From NCBI GenBank assembly GCA_018385135.1, contig JAHAWY010000041.1, forward strand, positions 25 through 64,024: a DNA stretch of 64,000 nucleotides, written 5' to 3'. Shown here piece by piece: positions 20,137-30,246 of this stretch (the stretch's first letter is position 1; each line of letters starts with the position of its first letter). Source of the DNA: Oscillospiraceae bacterium (GTDB lineage: Bacteria; Bacillota; Clostridia; Oscillospirales; Oscillospiraceae). Made by a program: the position numbers and the translations under genes. The notes beneath the pieces were generated by a model. That model saw only the letters and a list, made by a program, of their open reading frames with translations, made no database searches and was not told the DNA's origin.

Positions 20137-23100
20137 TCATCTCACAACAACATTTTCAGCGCCGAGAAGCTCTTGAAGCTCCCCTATAAGCGCCTCGTGC
20201 ACGAGACATTGTGTGCCTATGCGCTTTCCCGTATCCTCGAAATAGACTATAAGACGCTCGTCGCCGGGAAACATTTTCAGCACCAGCTCAATTCGCTTCA
20301 TGCGCTCATCGTCCCGCGAGGGCAGGCGCGCCCATAGCGTACGTTCCGTCTTTGGCGGAGGACCGGGAGCAGGCTCATCAGCATCAGTGAGCGGTCGAAG
20401 CGTGTCCACCATAAGCTGCGGCTCTTTCTCATCGCGCACAGATATCTTGCCCTTGACAACTATGGGCATATTCGCCTTTATATATGCTCCCGATGTATCC
20501 AGCACCTTTTGAAAAGCTATAAGCTCCATAGTGCCTGTCGCGTCCTCAAGCTGAATATACGCCATAAGGCTGTTATTTCGCGTTGTCCTTGTTTTCGCGC
20601 TTTCGATAACGCCCGCGAGAGTAACAAGCTGACCGTCCTCAAAACGGTGCTCGCCGCCCTCCTGCGAAAAATCCGCCAATATCGCGCCTATTGATGCTGC
20701 TCCTGCCTTGCGCACAGCTTCGCGGTATTCGTCCATGGGATGCCCGGAAAGATACAGACCCGTAGTCTCTTTCTCCATCGTCATCAGCTCGCGTAAGGAG
20801 AACTCCGGAATATCCGGCAGCTCCAGCGCCGGCGCGGAGGCTTGCTCCGGCTCAGCTCCCATAGAAAACAGGTCGAGCTGCCCCTCAACATTTTTGCGTG
20901 CCGCATCGTTAACACCGTCAATCACCTTGTCTGCAACGCGCAGAAGCTGGCTGCGCTTGTAGCCCAGCGAATCAAACGCGCCGCAGCGGATAAGGCTTTC
21001 AACCGCGCGGCGGTTAAGCTCCTTTCCATAAAGCCTGCGGCAAAAATCGTCGAAGCTGAGAAAGCGCCCCTCACGCTCGCGGTTTTCAACAAGTGCGTTT
21101 ATAAAGCCGCGCCCTATGTTTTTTATCGCCACCATGCCAAAGCGAATATCCTCCCCGACAACAGTGAAATCCGCCTCGGACTCATTAACATCAGGCGGCA
21201 GCAGGCAAATGCCCATTTCGCGGCACTCGCCGATATACTCCGTAACCTTGGCAGAATTGTCAAGCACCGAGGACAAAAGTGCCGCCATATATTCATGAGG
21301 GTGGTGGCACTTCATATACGCAGTGCGATAGGCGACGATGGCATAGCTTACAGCGTGTGCCTTATTAAAGGCATAGTTTGCGAAATCAACTATTTCATCG
21401 TAAATACTGCCCGCAGCAGTCTCTGGAACACCGTTAGCGATAGCTCCGGCAATCCCCCGCTCCGGATCGCCGAATATAAACGCCTTGCGCTCGGCGTCGA
21501 TAACGGAATGCTTCTTCTTACTCATTGCGCGGCGAATCATATCCGCCTGTCCCAGCGAAAAACCCGCCAAACGGCGGAAAATTTCTATAACCTGCTCTTG
21601 ATAAACAATGCAGCCGTAGGTGACCTCCAGAATAGGACGCAGCAGCTCGTGCTTATAACGGATTTTTGACGGGTCGCTGCTGCATTCCAAGAAGCGCGGG
21701 ATGCTGTCCATCGGACCGGGTCGGTAAAGAGCTATAATAGCGGTGATATCTTCAACGCTTTTCGGCTTGAGTCCCGTGCAAACGCCTGTCATACCCGTGC
21801 TTTCGAGCTGAAATACGCCCGATGTATGCCCCTGCGAGAGCATTTCAAAGGTCTCCTTGTCGTCCTCCGGCATATTCGCCACATCAAACCCCGGAATTTT
21901 CTTCCGAACAAGCTGGTTCGCCCGCTCCAAAACAGTGAGGTTGCGAAGCCCCAAAAAGTCCATCTTTAAAAGACCAAGCTCCTCAAGCGTTGTCATCTGG
22001 AACTGGCAGACCACCGACTCGTCGTTTTTCGCCAGCGGAACATATTCATAAACGGGCTTGCCCGAAATAACAACGCCCGCAGCGTGCGTGGAAGCGTGGC
22101 GCGGCATACCCTCAAGCGCCCGCGCCGTGTCGATAAGCTCTTTTATCCTCTCGTCGCCGTCGTACATATCCTTCAGTTGCTTTGAAAGCTTCAGCGCTTC
22201 ATCAAGTGTGATGCCAAGTGAGGTCGGCACAAGCTTTGCAACAGCGTCGCATTCGGCGTAGCTAACGTTCAACACCCTGCCGACATCACGAATTGCAAGC
22301 CGCGCCGCCATCGTTCCGAAGGTAACTATTTGCGCAACGTGGTCAGAGCCATACTTTCGGTTTACATAATCTATGACCTCGCCGCGGCGCTCCACGCAGA
22401 AGTCGATATCTATATCAGGCATGGAGACGCGCTCCGGGTTTAAAAAGCGCTCAAAGAAAAGGCTGTATTTTATCGGATCAACGTCGGTGATGCGCAGGCA
22501 GTAGGATACAACGCTTCCCGCCGCGCTGCCGCGTCCCGGACCTACAGGTATTCCCTGCGATTTGGCATAGGCAATGAAATCCGAAACTATTAGGAAGTAA
22601 TCGGTAAAGCCCATTTTGTTTATCATGCTCAGCTCATATTCAAGCTGCCCATGCAGCACATCAATATCGTCCCTGTGGGAATAGCGCTCCGAAAAGCCCT
22701 GCTCGCAAAGCTTTTTCAGATATTCAAAGCCGTCTGTCTCCCCCTCCGGAAGCGGAAAGCTTGGCAGGTGATAGTGACCGAATTCAAAATCGAAGCTGCA
22801 AAGCTGCGCGATTTTCACCGTGTTGTCGCAGGCCTCCGCCGCTTCGGGAAAGTCAAACAGAGCGCGCATCTCCTGCTCGCTTTTGAGATAGAATTCGCTG
22901 CCCTCAAATTTCATACGGTCAGGGTCGTCAATGGTTTTTCCCATCTGTATGCACATAAGAACATCCTGATTTCGGGCGTCCTCTTTTTTTATATAGTGCG
23001 CGTCGTTGGTGACAACAAGCGGAATGCCCGTCTCGCGGTGAAGCTTTAGCAAGCCCTCGGCTGCAATTCGCTCATCGCGTATCCCATGCGCCTGAAGCTC

Positions 23101-23616
23101 AAGATAGAAACCGTCCTCCCCGAAAAGCTCGCGCAGCTCCAAGGCGCGCGCTCGCGCGCCCTTATAGTCACCGCTTATCAGCTTCTGCTGAATTTCGCCC
23201 GCCACGCAGCCGGAAAGGCAAACCAAGCCCTCGGCGTGTTCGCCAAGCGTCCACCAGTCTATACGCGGTTTAACATAAAAACCGCGCGTAAACGCCTCGC
23301 TGACCAAATAGCAGAGATTGTGATAACCCACCTCATTTCGGCAGAGGAGAATAAGATGGCTGTAATTGCTGTCAGGACCGTATTCCCTGTCCTCCATGCT
23401 GCGCGGAGCAACATAGACCTCACAGCCGATTATAGGCTTAATCCCCGCCTTGCGGCACGCCTTATAAAAGGCGACCGCGCCGTACATAACACCGTGGTCG
23501 GTTATTGCCAGCGCCTCCTGTCCGAGGCTTTTAGCATATTCCGCCATCTCGTCAATGCGGCACGCGCCATCAAGCAGGCTGTATTCACTATGGACATGAA
23601 GGTGGACAAACGCCAT
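20137..23616 (-). CDS. dnaE: DNA polymerase III alpha subunit (DnaE type)
   Basis: PHP domain start MAFVHLHVHSEYSLLDG, polymerase core and OB fold. Trimmed to the ATG at 23616. Confidence 0.93.
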   Translation of the reverse strand: MAFVHLHVHSEYSLLDGACRIDEMAEYAKSLGQEALAITDHGVMYGAVAFYKACRKAGIKPIIGCEVYVAPRSMEDREYGPDSNYSHLILLCRNEVGYHNLCYLVSEAFTRGFYVKPRIDWWTLGEHAEGLVCLSGCVAGEIQQKLISGDYKGARARALELRELFGEDGFYLELQAHGIRDERIAAEGLLKLHRETGIPLVVTNDAHYIKKEDARNQDVLMCIQMGKTIDDPDRMKFEGSEFYLKSEQEMRALFDFPEAAEACDNTVKIAQLCSFDFEFGHYHLPSFPLPEGETDGFEYLKKLCEQGFSERYSHRDDIDVLHGQLEYELSMINKMGFTDYFLIVSDFIAYAKSQGIPVGPGRGSAAGSVVSYCLRITDVDPIKYSLFFERFLNPERVSMPDIDIDFCVERRGEVIDYVNRKYGSDHVAQIVTFGTMAARLAIRDVGRVLNVSYAECDAVAKLVPTSLGITLDEALKLSKQLKDMYDGDERIKELIDTARALEGMPRHASTHAAGVVISGKPVYEYVPLAKNDESVVCQFQMTTLEELGLLKMDFLGLRNLTVLERANQLVRKKIPGFDVANMPEDDKETFEMLSQGHTSGVFQLESTGMTGVCTGLKPKSVEDITAIIALYRPGPMDSIPRFLECSSDPSKIRYKHELLRPILEVTYGCIVYQEQVIEIFRRLAGFSLGQADMIRRAMSKKKHSVIDAERKAFIFGDPERGIAGAIANGVPETAAGSIYDEIVDFANYAFNKAHAVSYAIVAYRTAYMKCHHPHEYMAALLSSVLDNSAKVTEYIGECREMGICLLPPDVNESEADFTVVGEDIRFGMVAIKNIGRGFINALVENREREGRFLSFDDFCRRLYGKELNRRAVESLIRCGAFDSLGYKRSQLLRVADKVIDGVNDAARKNVEGQLDLFSMGAEPEQASAPALELPDIPEFSLRELMTMEKETTGLYLSGHPMDEYREAVRKAGAASIGAILADFSQEGGEHRFEDGQLVTLAGVIESAKTRTTRNNSLMAYIQLEDATGTMELIAFQKVLDTSGAYIKANMPIVVKGKISVRDEKEPQLMVDTLRPLTDADEPAPGPPPKTERTLWARLPSRDDERMKRIELVLKMFPGDERLIVYFEDTGKRIGTQCLVHEALIGELQELLGAENVVVR

Positions 23617-23644
23617 TTTTCCATCTCTCTTTCCGGTTAAATGC

Positions 23645-24541
23645 CTATTGCCCTGCCAGCTCCATAAGCTTTCGCAATCTGTGGCTGATACAGGATTTAC
23701 TGACCGGCGGAATGGCAAGCATGGCAAGGTCTGCAAGGCTTGCCTCCGGGTTTGCTATGCGGAGCAGCGCCGTTTCGCGCAGCTTCTCCGGCAGCTCGTC
23801 AAACGCTGCGCGCCGCTCAAGCCGCTTTATCGCCTCAAGCTGCTCCTGCGCGGCGGAAACTGTTTTGTCGGCGTTGGCGCTGTCGCAGTTGACACGCCGG
23901 TTGACGGCGTTTCGCATATCCTTTTCCACCTTCGCCGACATAATGTCCATCGCCGCGATCGGTGCGCCGATAAGGGTGAAAAAGTCCTCAATGGCTTCTG
24001 ACTGCTTGAAGTAAGTGATGTAGTTGCCGCCGCGTGCCGCATCCTTGGGTGTAAAGCCAAGCTCCAGCAAAATCGAATAAGTCTCGCGGCTGACGTTATA
24101 GTGAGCCGTCACCAGCTCCAAATGATAGCTCTTAGCCGGGTCTGTTATGCTGCCGCCGGCAAGAAATGCACCGCGCAAAAAGGAAGCCTTGCAGCAGGAG
24201 TCCTCCAAAATTCCCAGATTGATGTGGTGGGCAAGCGTGCTGTCTGCCTCGTAGCCGAAGGTGTCAAAAATGGTACGGATAGTCTCCCTGTCAGTAATGG
24301 AAAAGGTCTGCTTTCCTTTTATATCCGCCGCCGGAGAAGGGTCAAAGCCGCAGTTAAACGCCTTTTTTATCAGCTTAGGCAAGCGTTCGGCAAGCTCGGT
24401 GTTTCCGGTTACTATTCTTATCTCTCCGGCTGTGAACGTGTTGCAGTAGAGCATCACGCCATATGCCTCGGCAATGGCGCAGCAGCGCTTATGAAGCGGC
24501 TCTCTGCAAAGCTCCGCCTTTGTATCCGACGAAAACGACAT
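23645..24541 (-). CDS. whiA: DNA-binding protein WhiA
   Basis: MSFSSDTKAELC start, degenerate LAGLIDADG-like core and C-terminal HTH ISKSCISHRLRKL. Confidence 0.9.
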   Translation of the reverse strand: MSFSSDTKAELCREPLHKRCCAIAEAYGVMLYCNTFTAGEIRIVTGNTELAERLPKLIKKAFNCGFDPSPAADIKGKQTFSITDRETIRTIFDTFGYEADSTLAHHINLGILEDSCCKASFLRGAFLAGGSITDPAKSYHLELVTAHYNVSRETYSILLELGFTPKDAARGGNYITYFKQSEAIEDFFTLIGAPIAAMDIMSAKVEKDMRNAVNRRVNCDSANADKTVSAAQEQLEAIKRLERRAAFDELPEKLRETALLRIANPEASLADLAMLAIPPVSKSCISHRLRKLMELAGQ

Positions 24542-24581
24542 CTAAGCCGCCCCCTTAAAGCGCCCTGCTTCCGGGCGCAAT

Positions 24582-25580
24582 TTATAAATATATCTTCGTG
24601 CGGGATTTCTCCCTGAATATGCTCATAATCTCCGTTGCAAGCTTGTCCGGATCGTGGTGGGCAAAGCCGTCTGAGCAGTCGAGCATAGGGCGCAGCAGCG
24701 TTCTTATGCCCATGCGCTCCAGCTCCTCATCATCAACCACGGTCTGGCAAGCACCAACTGCTGCATAGCGCCGCTCCACCTCTCTCGGCAGCGGCTCGCT
24801 GTTAGCAAGACAGTAATCGAACAGTCCTCTGCCGTTTGAATGAGAAAGCAGCGCGCGAACATGGTCGGAGGCGGTGTAGTTTTCCGTCTCGCCGTCCTCG
24901 GTGGTCACATTCAGCACATAAATCTTCAGCGCGTCGGAATTTGCAATCGCTTCCGCGATGCCGTCGGTAAGCAGGTTTGGGATTATGCTTGTATACAGGC
25001 TTCCCGGACCTAATAGAATAAGCTCCGCGTTTTCAATCGCTTCAAGACTGTCTTTAAGTGCGGGTGGATTTTCCGGCAAAAGCTGCACCCTGCCAATGCG
25101 CCTGTCGCCGCTTTTTTTATGTGCCATTATCTTCGACTCACCGAAAACCTCTGTTCCGTCGTCAAAGCTCGCCATAAGGCGAACATCCTCGGTGGTAACG
25201 GGCAAAACGCGACCTGTTATCGCCAAAACCTCCGATAGCTTCTGCACCGCTCCGAAAAAAGAGCCGGAGATATCGTTAAGTGCGGCAAGAAAAAGATTTC
25301 CCATGCTCTGCCCCTTCAGGCATCCCTCTTTAAAGCGATAGTCCAAAAGCTGCTCCATCGCAGGCTCGGTATTCGCCAGCGCCTGCAAGCAGTTTCTAAC
25401 ATCGCCCGGAGGCGGCATACCAAGCTCATCACGAAGCCTGCCCGAGCCGCCGCCGTCATCAGCCATCGTTACTATAGCTGTTAGCTTGCTTGTTTGCTTT
25501 TTCAGTCCGCGCAGCATATTTGAAAGACCGGAGCCGCCGCCAATGGCGACAACGGTCGGTTCGGTTGCCTTTTTTGCCAT
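24582..25580 (-). CDS. yvcK: Gluconeogenesis factor YvcK (CofD-like, UPF0052)
   Basis: VVAIGGGSGLSNMLRGLK motif. AAGGAGG precedes the ATG at 25580. Confidence 0.88.
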   Translation of the reverse strand: MAKKATEPTVVAIGGGSGLSNMLRGLKKQTSKLTAIVTMADDGGGSGRLRDELGMPPPGDVRNCLQALANTEPAMEQLLDYRFKEGCLKGQSMGNLFLAALNDISGSFFGAVQKLSEVLAITGRVLPVTTEDVRLMASFDDGTEVFGESKIMAHKKSGDRRIGRVQLLPENPPALKDSLEAIENAELILLGPGSLYTSIIPNLLTDGIAEAIANSDALKIYVLNVTTEDGETENYTASDHVRALLSHSNGRGLFDYCLANSEPLPREVERRYAAVGACQTVVDDEELERMGIRTLLRPMLDCSDGFAHHDPDKLATEIMSIFREKSRTKIYL

Positions 25581-25635
25581 TTTGCCCTCCTTGAAAGCCA
25601 TTCAAATGAGCAAATCTGCCGCCGCTCGGCGAGCA

Positions 25636-26493
25636 TCATTTATTTAAATCGCGGTTTATGTTCACGACCTCGTATCCAAGCTGCCTGATATAATCTGTAA
25701 GTGCGGCTGCAATTGCAACGCTTCTGTGGTGTCCCCCCGTGCAGCCTATGGAGATGGTTAGGCTCATCTTGCCCTCGTCAACATACAGCGGCAGCAGGAA
25801 TTTGACCATATTCTCAAGCTGCTTGACAAATTCGCGTGTCTCCGAGCTGCGAAATACGAATTCGCTCACCGGCTCGTCAAGACCGCAAAGCTCGCGCAGC
25901 TCCGAAACATAGTAGGGGTTCGGCAGGAAGCGAACATCGAATACCAGATCCGACTCGATGGGAATTCCGTATTTAAAGCCGAAGCTCATAACGTTGACCG
26001 CCAGCTTGCGTTCGGCGTCCTCACCTATGAAAAGGCGGAACAGCTCGTTTTGGAGCATGGATAGCGTAAGGTTGCCTGTGTTTATGATATAGTCGGCGCG
26101 CTCGCGCACAGGCTCCATGAGCTTGATCTCGTTGGCAATGGCATCCTCTATTGAAATGCCAGGAGTTGCCAGCGGGTGGCGGCGGCGCGTTTCCTTATAG
26201 CGCTTAACAATACTGGGAATATCCGCCTCCATAAACAGAATACGGTAGTCGCAGCCGATTTCCCAAAGCCCGTCAAGAACCCTGAACAGTTCCTCAAAGC
26301 TCGCCCTCTCGCGGATGTCCGTAACCAGTGCAACGCGCTTGTAATGCTCGTTGGCAGCAATGCAAAGCTGCGCGAACTTGGGGATCAGTGCGATGGGCAT
26401 ATTATCGACGCAGTAATAGTCCAGATCCTCAAGCATATCGGCAGCACGGCTCTTGCCCGCGCCGGAAAGACCCGAAATGATCAAAAACTCCAT
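25636..26493 (-). CDS. rapZ: RNase adapter / nucleotide-binding protein RapZ (YvcJ)
   Basis: MEFLIISGLSGAGKS P-loop and C-terminal IGCTGGHHRSV. Confidence 0.92.
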   Translation of the reverse strand: MEFLIISGLSGAGKSRAADMLEDLDYYCVDNMPIALIPKFAQLCIAANEHYKRVALVTDIRERASFEELFRVLDGLWEIGCDYRILFMEADIPSIVKRYKETRRRHPLATPGISIEDAIANEIKLMEPVRERADYIINTGNLTLSMLQNELFRLFIGEDAERKLAVNVMSFGFKYGIPIESDLVFDVRFLPNPYYVSELRELCGLDEPVSEFVFRSSETREFVKQLENMVKFLLPLYVDEGKMSLTISIGCTGGHHRSVAIAAALTDYIRQLGYEVVNINRDLNK

Positions 26494-26512
26494 AGCATTC
26501 TCCTTAGTAACC

Positions 26513-27439
26513 TCAATCGTTTTCTATTATCTTGACCTCGGCGTGAAGCTCGATGCCCTTTTCCTTAAAAACGGTTTCTTTAATATGCTCCATCAGTGCG
26601 CGAACGTCCGCAAAGCTCGCACCGCCGCGGTTAATAACAAAGCCCGTGTGCTTCTCGCTCACCTGCGCGCCGCCTATCGAGTAGCCGCGCAGACCGCATT
26701 CGTCGATAAGCGCGGCAGCATAGCCGCCGACGGGACGCTTAAAGGTACTGCCTGCGGAGGGCTTATCGAGCGGCTGCGAGGCGCGCCGCTTCTCCGATAG
26801 CTCGCGCATTCTTGCAAGGATTTCCTCCTCATTGCCCTGCCGCAGCGTCATAAGCGCGCCCAGAACGATGCTCCCCGTATCCGAAAAAGCGCTGTGCCGA
26901 TAGCTCAGCTCAAGCTCATCGCCGCGCTTCTCGCGCTTTTCGCCTCTCTCGTCCAGATAAATAACGGAGCTTAGAACATCCTTCATCTCACCGCCGTACG
27001 CTCCGGCGTTCATGCAAACGGCTCCGCCGAGCGAGCCGGGGATACCGTGGGCAAATTCCAGCCCCTCAAGCGAACGGTGCGCGCAGAAAACGGCGAGTCT
27101 TGCAAGGCTGATGCCGCAAAGGGCAAACACCTCCCGCTCTCCGCGCTGCTCAACAGCGCTCATTTTATCAGACATTTGAATAACAAAGCGCTCAAGCGGC
27201 TCGTCGGTAACAAGCAGATTTGTTCCGTTGCCTATTACGAGCGGCTCAACTCCTTTTTCGCGCAGAAAGCGGCAGAGCCGCTGCGTCTGCTCAATCGAGT
27301 CCGGCAGCGCCATAGCCGCGGCAGGACCGCCTATTTTAAACGAGCAGTGCTCCCGCATCGCTTCATTTTCCCTTAGCTCCAGCTCCGGCATCGCCCTGCG
27401 AAGCTCACCGGCAAGCAGAGAAATTTGGCTCATAAACAC
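26513..27439 (-). CDS. murB: UDP-N-acetylenolpyruvoylglucosamine reductase
   Basis: FKIGGPA, GNGTNLLV, AGSTFKRP and GGAQVSEKHTGFVIN motifs. Confidence 0.92.
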   Translation of the reverse strand: MFMSQISLLAGELRRAMPELELRENEAMREHCSFKIGGPAAAMALPDSIEQTQRLCRFLREKGVEPLVIGNGTNLLVTDEPLERFVIQMSDKMSAVEQRGEREVFALCGISLARLAVFCAHRSLEGLEFAHGIPGSLGGAVCMNAGAYGGEMKDVLSSVIYLDERGEKREKRGDELELSYRHSAFSDTGSIVLGALMTLRQGNEEEILARMRELSEKRRASQPLDKPSAGSTFKRPVGGYAAALIDECGLRGYSIGGAQVSEKHTGFVINRGGASFADVRALMEHIKETVFKEKGIELHAEVKIIEND

Positions 27440-27447
27440 TCCTTAAA

Positions 27448-28389
27448 TCAAAACTCAAGATTATTGTCAATTCCGAAGTCGTGCCGCGTCTCCAGATCCT
27501 GCGCGGCGTTGTAGCCGAGCTTTTTCTGGCGGTTGTTCATGGCGGCAAGCTCCAAAATAACGGCAAGGTTGCGCCCCGGGCGCACAGGTATCGTTACCGA
27601 TGGGACATCCACGCCCAATATACTCTCGTATTCCGATTCAATGCCCAGTCTGTCATAGGGCTTGTAGTCCTCCCAGTTTTCAAGGTTGACTACCAAATGT
27701 ATCGTCTGAGTGGATTTTACCGCACCAACGCCGTAGATATACCGCGCATTAATTACGCCCAGACCTCGAAACTCCATATAGTGGCGTATCATCGCCGGCG
27801 CCTGACCGACAAGCCTGTTTCCGAGCACTCGCCGAATTTCAACCGCGTCATCGGCAATGAGCCTATGACCGCGTTTAATAAGCTCAAGCGCAGTTTCGCT
27901 TTTTCCTATGCCGCTGTCGCCCTTTATCAGAACGCCCTCGCCGTAAACCTCCACCAGAACTCCGTGTATTGTCTGTCGCGGAGCAAGGTGTATATGCAGG
28001 GAGCTGATAAGCTGCGCCATGAATTCCGAGGTGTCAAGCTCGGAGGTAAAGACGTTTATGTCATGCTTCTTTGCCAGCTCCGTAATTTCCGGCACGGGCA
28101 CAACATGGTGACAGATGATGAGCGCGCAAGGCTTTTTCTCCATAAGGCGCTCAACCGCAACATATCTTGCCGTAGCATCAAGACGCTCCAGATAGGTATT
28201 CTCCTGCTTGCCGCTTACCAGCATACGCCGCGGGTCAAAATACTCAAAAAAGCCGGCAAATTGAAGTCCCGGTCTACCCACCGCCATGCTGGTTATCTGC
28301 GCTTCCTCGTAATCCGACGAGGTGTTGACGACTCCCAGTTCGTGTTCTTTAACCAGCGTTGACAGCAAAACGGAATATTCGGTAGCCAT
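27448..28389 (-). CDS. hprK: HPr kinase/phosphorylase
   Basis: GDSGIGKSETALELIKRGHRLIADD. GGAGGA RBS precedes the ATG at 28389. Confidence 0.92.
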   Translation of the reverse strand: MATEYSVLLSTLVKEHELGVVNTSSDYEEAQITSMAVGRPGLQFAGFFEYFDPRRMLVSGKQENTYLERLDATARYVAVERLMEKKPCALIICHHVVPVPEITELAKKHDINVFTSELDTSEFMAQLISSLHIHLAPRQTIHGVLVEVYGEGVLIKGDSGIGKSETALELIKRGHRLIADDAVEIRRVLGNRLVGQAPAMIRHYMEFRGLGVINARYIYGVGAVKSTQTIHLVVNLENWEDYKPYDRLGIESEYESILGVDVPSVTIPVRPGRNLAVILELAAMNNRQKKLGYNAAQDLETRHDFGIDNNLEF

Positions 28390-28578
28390 TAGCCTTCCTC
28401 CACTATTTATATATACGGTATGCCGCCATTTTGTTTGCGGCACACCCCTATTCTAATCAACCCAGCACGTTTTGGCAAACAATTTTTGCGGTTTTGGCTG
28501 ATTAAACAGAAAAAACCTCTGCGCGCTCCTTTGAGCGAACAGAGGTTTGTTTTTCTGTACACAAAATCGGCACCTGCA

Positions 28579-28767
28579 TTACACGGCGCGGGTAACCTTA
28601 CCGCTGCGCAGGCAACGGGTGCAAACGTAGACGTGCTTCGGTGTTCCGTCCACTATGGCCTTGACGCGCTTAACATTGGGCTTCCAAGTACGGTTGGAAC
28701 GTCTGTGGGAGTGGCTCACCTTGATACCAAAAGAAACATCCTTGCCGCAAAATTCACACTTTGCCAT
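28579..28767 (-). CDS. rpmB: 50S ribosomal protein L28 (Cys-containing form)
   Basis: MAKCEFCGKDVSFGIKVSHSHRRSNRTWKPN...CTRCLRSGK. GGAGGTG RBS. Minus-strand promoter TTGCAA-17-TATTAT lies at about 28829-28857. Confidence 0.92.
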   Translation of the reverse strand: MAKCEFCGKDVSFGIKVSHSHRRSNRTWKPNVKRVKAIVDGTPKHVYVCTRCLRSGKVTRAV

Positions 28768-28898
28768 CTTTTGCTGCACCTCCTCGAATAAATTAAATAT
28801 TATGCTCCTCAAAACGAATAGCTATATAATAATAGCAGAATGATTTAAGAATTGCAAGAACATTTTTGGCTTTTTTACATATTTATTTCTTTTGTCCC

Positions 28899-28940
28899 AA
28901 AGCGCGGCAATTTTACCCTGTTGCCGCGCTTTTGCATTGC
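28899..28940 (+). terminator. Orphan plus-strand terminator-like hairpin in the rpmB/hrcA divergent region
   Basis: 12-bp stem aaagcgcggcaa / ttgccgcgcttt with a 10-nt loop, followed by a T-rich tail. No annotated plus-strand gene ends here. Confidence 0.45.
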
Positions 28941-29047
28941 CGCGTTTTCTTTTTCGTCCTCTGTATACATACTTAATAGTCTCTCACGCCGCGCCCTGCC
29001 GGGCAGGCAAAAATATGAACAAACTATCAATTCGTTCGTGAAAGCTA

Positions 29048-29124
29048 TTGACATTCACATGGCATGGTGCTAAATTAGCACTCAGAGAGCGAGAGTGCCA
29101 GTGCTCATGCTCGAAGAGTGCTAA
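29048..29124 (+). promoter_or_regulatory. hrcA promoter with two overlapping CIRCE operators
   Basis: TTGACA (29048-29053), 17 nt, TGcTAAATT (extended -10; hexamer 29071-29076). CIRCE-1 is TTAGCACTC-N9-GAGTGCCAG (29075-29101). CIRCE-2 is cAGTGCTC-N9-GAGTGCTAA (29098-29124). Confidence 0.88.
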
Positions 29125-29172
29125 TTCAAGGGCGCACCTCACATAATATAAAACGAAACGGGAGGTGTTTTT

Positions 29173-30246
29173 TTGGAGATCAGCGAACGCAAGAAGAAAA
29201 TACTCTCCGCCGTTATTGACGCATACATTGCCACCGCCGAGCCTGTCGGCTCAAAAGCTATAGCAGAGTCCGGCGTTCTTGATATCAGCAGCGCCACGAT
29301 CAGAAACGAAATGGCGGAGCTTACCGCCATGGGTTATCTTGAGCAGCCGCACACCTCTGCGGGACGTATCCCCTCCCCGCAGGGCTATCGCCTATATGTC
29401 AATGAGCTTATGGAGCGCCAGCGCCTGTCTCTCGACGAGACCGAGCAGATAAACCAAAGCATGAACCTCAAAATCCAGCAGCTCGATAAGCTCATGAACG
29501 ATGTTGGCAGGGTCGCCGCCTCGCTCACCCAATACCCCGTCGTTGCACTTGCCGCGCCCGTTGCCGCGACCATAACCCGCTATGACCTCATATATGTCGA
29601 TGCAAACACATTTATTGTTGTGGTAATGCTCAACGACAAGGCGGTTCACAACAAGCTTATCCATCTGCCCTTTTCCGTTGAGCAAAGCATGATTTCCCGT
29701 ATCTCCTCGGTTTTCAATACCATGTTCACCGGCATAACCGAGGACAAAATCACCCCGGAGCTTATAGACTCCGCCGAGCGTGCCTGCGGCGATACGATGG
29801 GGCTTGTCTCCGTCGTTTCCACCTTTGCAATCGAAACGCTTAAAGAAACGACACACGGCGAGGCGGTCTTTTCGGGAGCCTCGCATCTTCTGCGCCAGCC
29901 GGAATTCCGTGACCCCGACAAGGCGCACGAAATAATGAATTACCTTTCAGACAGCGAGCACATTCTCGGTTTGCCCGCCATCACAAGCGGCGGCGACCTT
30001 GAAGTCATCATAGGTCCGGAAAACGTTGCCGAGGAGCTTAAAGACTCCAGCGTTATAATAGCCCGCTATGACGCGGGAGATAATATGCAGGGACTTATTG
30101 GCGTTGTCGGTCCCACCAGAATGGACTATTCGGGTGTTGCCGCCAAGCTCAGCTATATTGCCGAGGGGCTTAGTCGCCTGCTCGGCAGCGCCGCAGCCCC
30201 TCCCGGTTTTGAAAAGCTTCAACTTAAAGGAGATGAGCCCAAATGA
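29173..30246 (+). CDS. hrcA: Heat-inducible transcription repressor HrcA
   Basis: ERKKKILSAVIDAYIATAEPVGSKAIAE winged-helix start. TTG start after a GGGAGGTG RBS. Confidence 0.92.
   Translation: MEISERKKKILSAVIDAYIATAEPVGSKAIAESGVLDISSATIRNEMAELTAMGYLEQPHTSAGRIPSPQGYRLYVNELMERQRLSLDETEQINQSMNLKIQQLDKLMNDVGRVAASLTQYPVVALAAPVAATITRYDLIYVDANTFIVVVMLNDKAVHNKLIHLPFSVEQSMISRISSVFNTMFTGITEDKITPELIDSAERACGDTMGLVSVVSTFAIETLKETTHGEAVFSGASHLLRQPEFRDPDKAHEIMNYLSDSEHILGLPAITSGGDLEVIIGPENVAEELKDSSVIIARYDAGDNMQGLIGVVGPTRMDYSGVAAKLSYIAEGLSRLLGSAAAPPGFEKLQLKGDEPK

Noticed and set aside
28852-29073. A 73-aa plus-strand ORF between rpmB and hrcA.
   Set aside because: It reads straight through the 28899-28940 terminator hairpin and into the hrcA promoter and CIRCE region. 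It has no RBS, and its sequence is hydrophobic and low-complexity.
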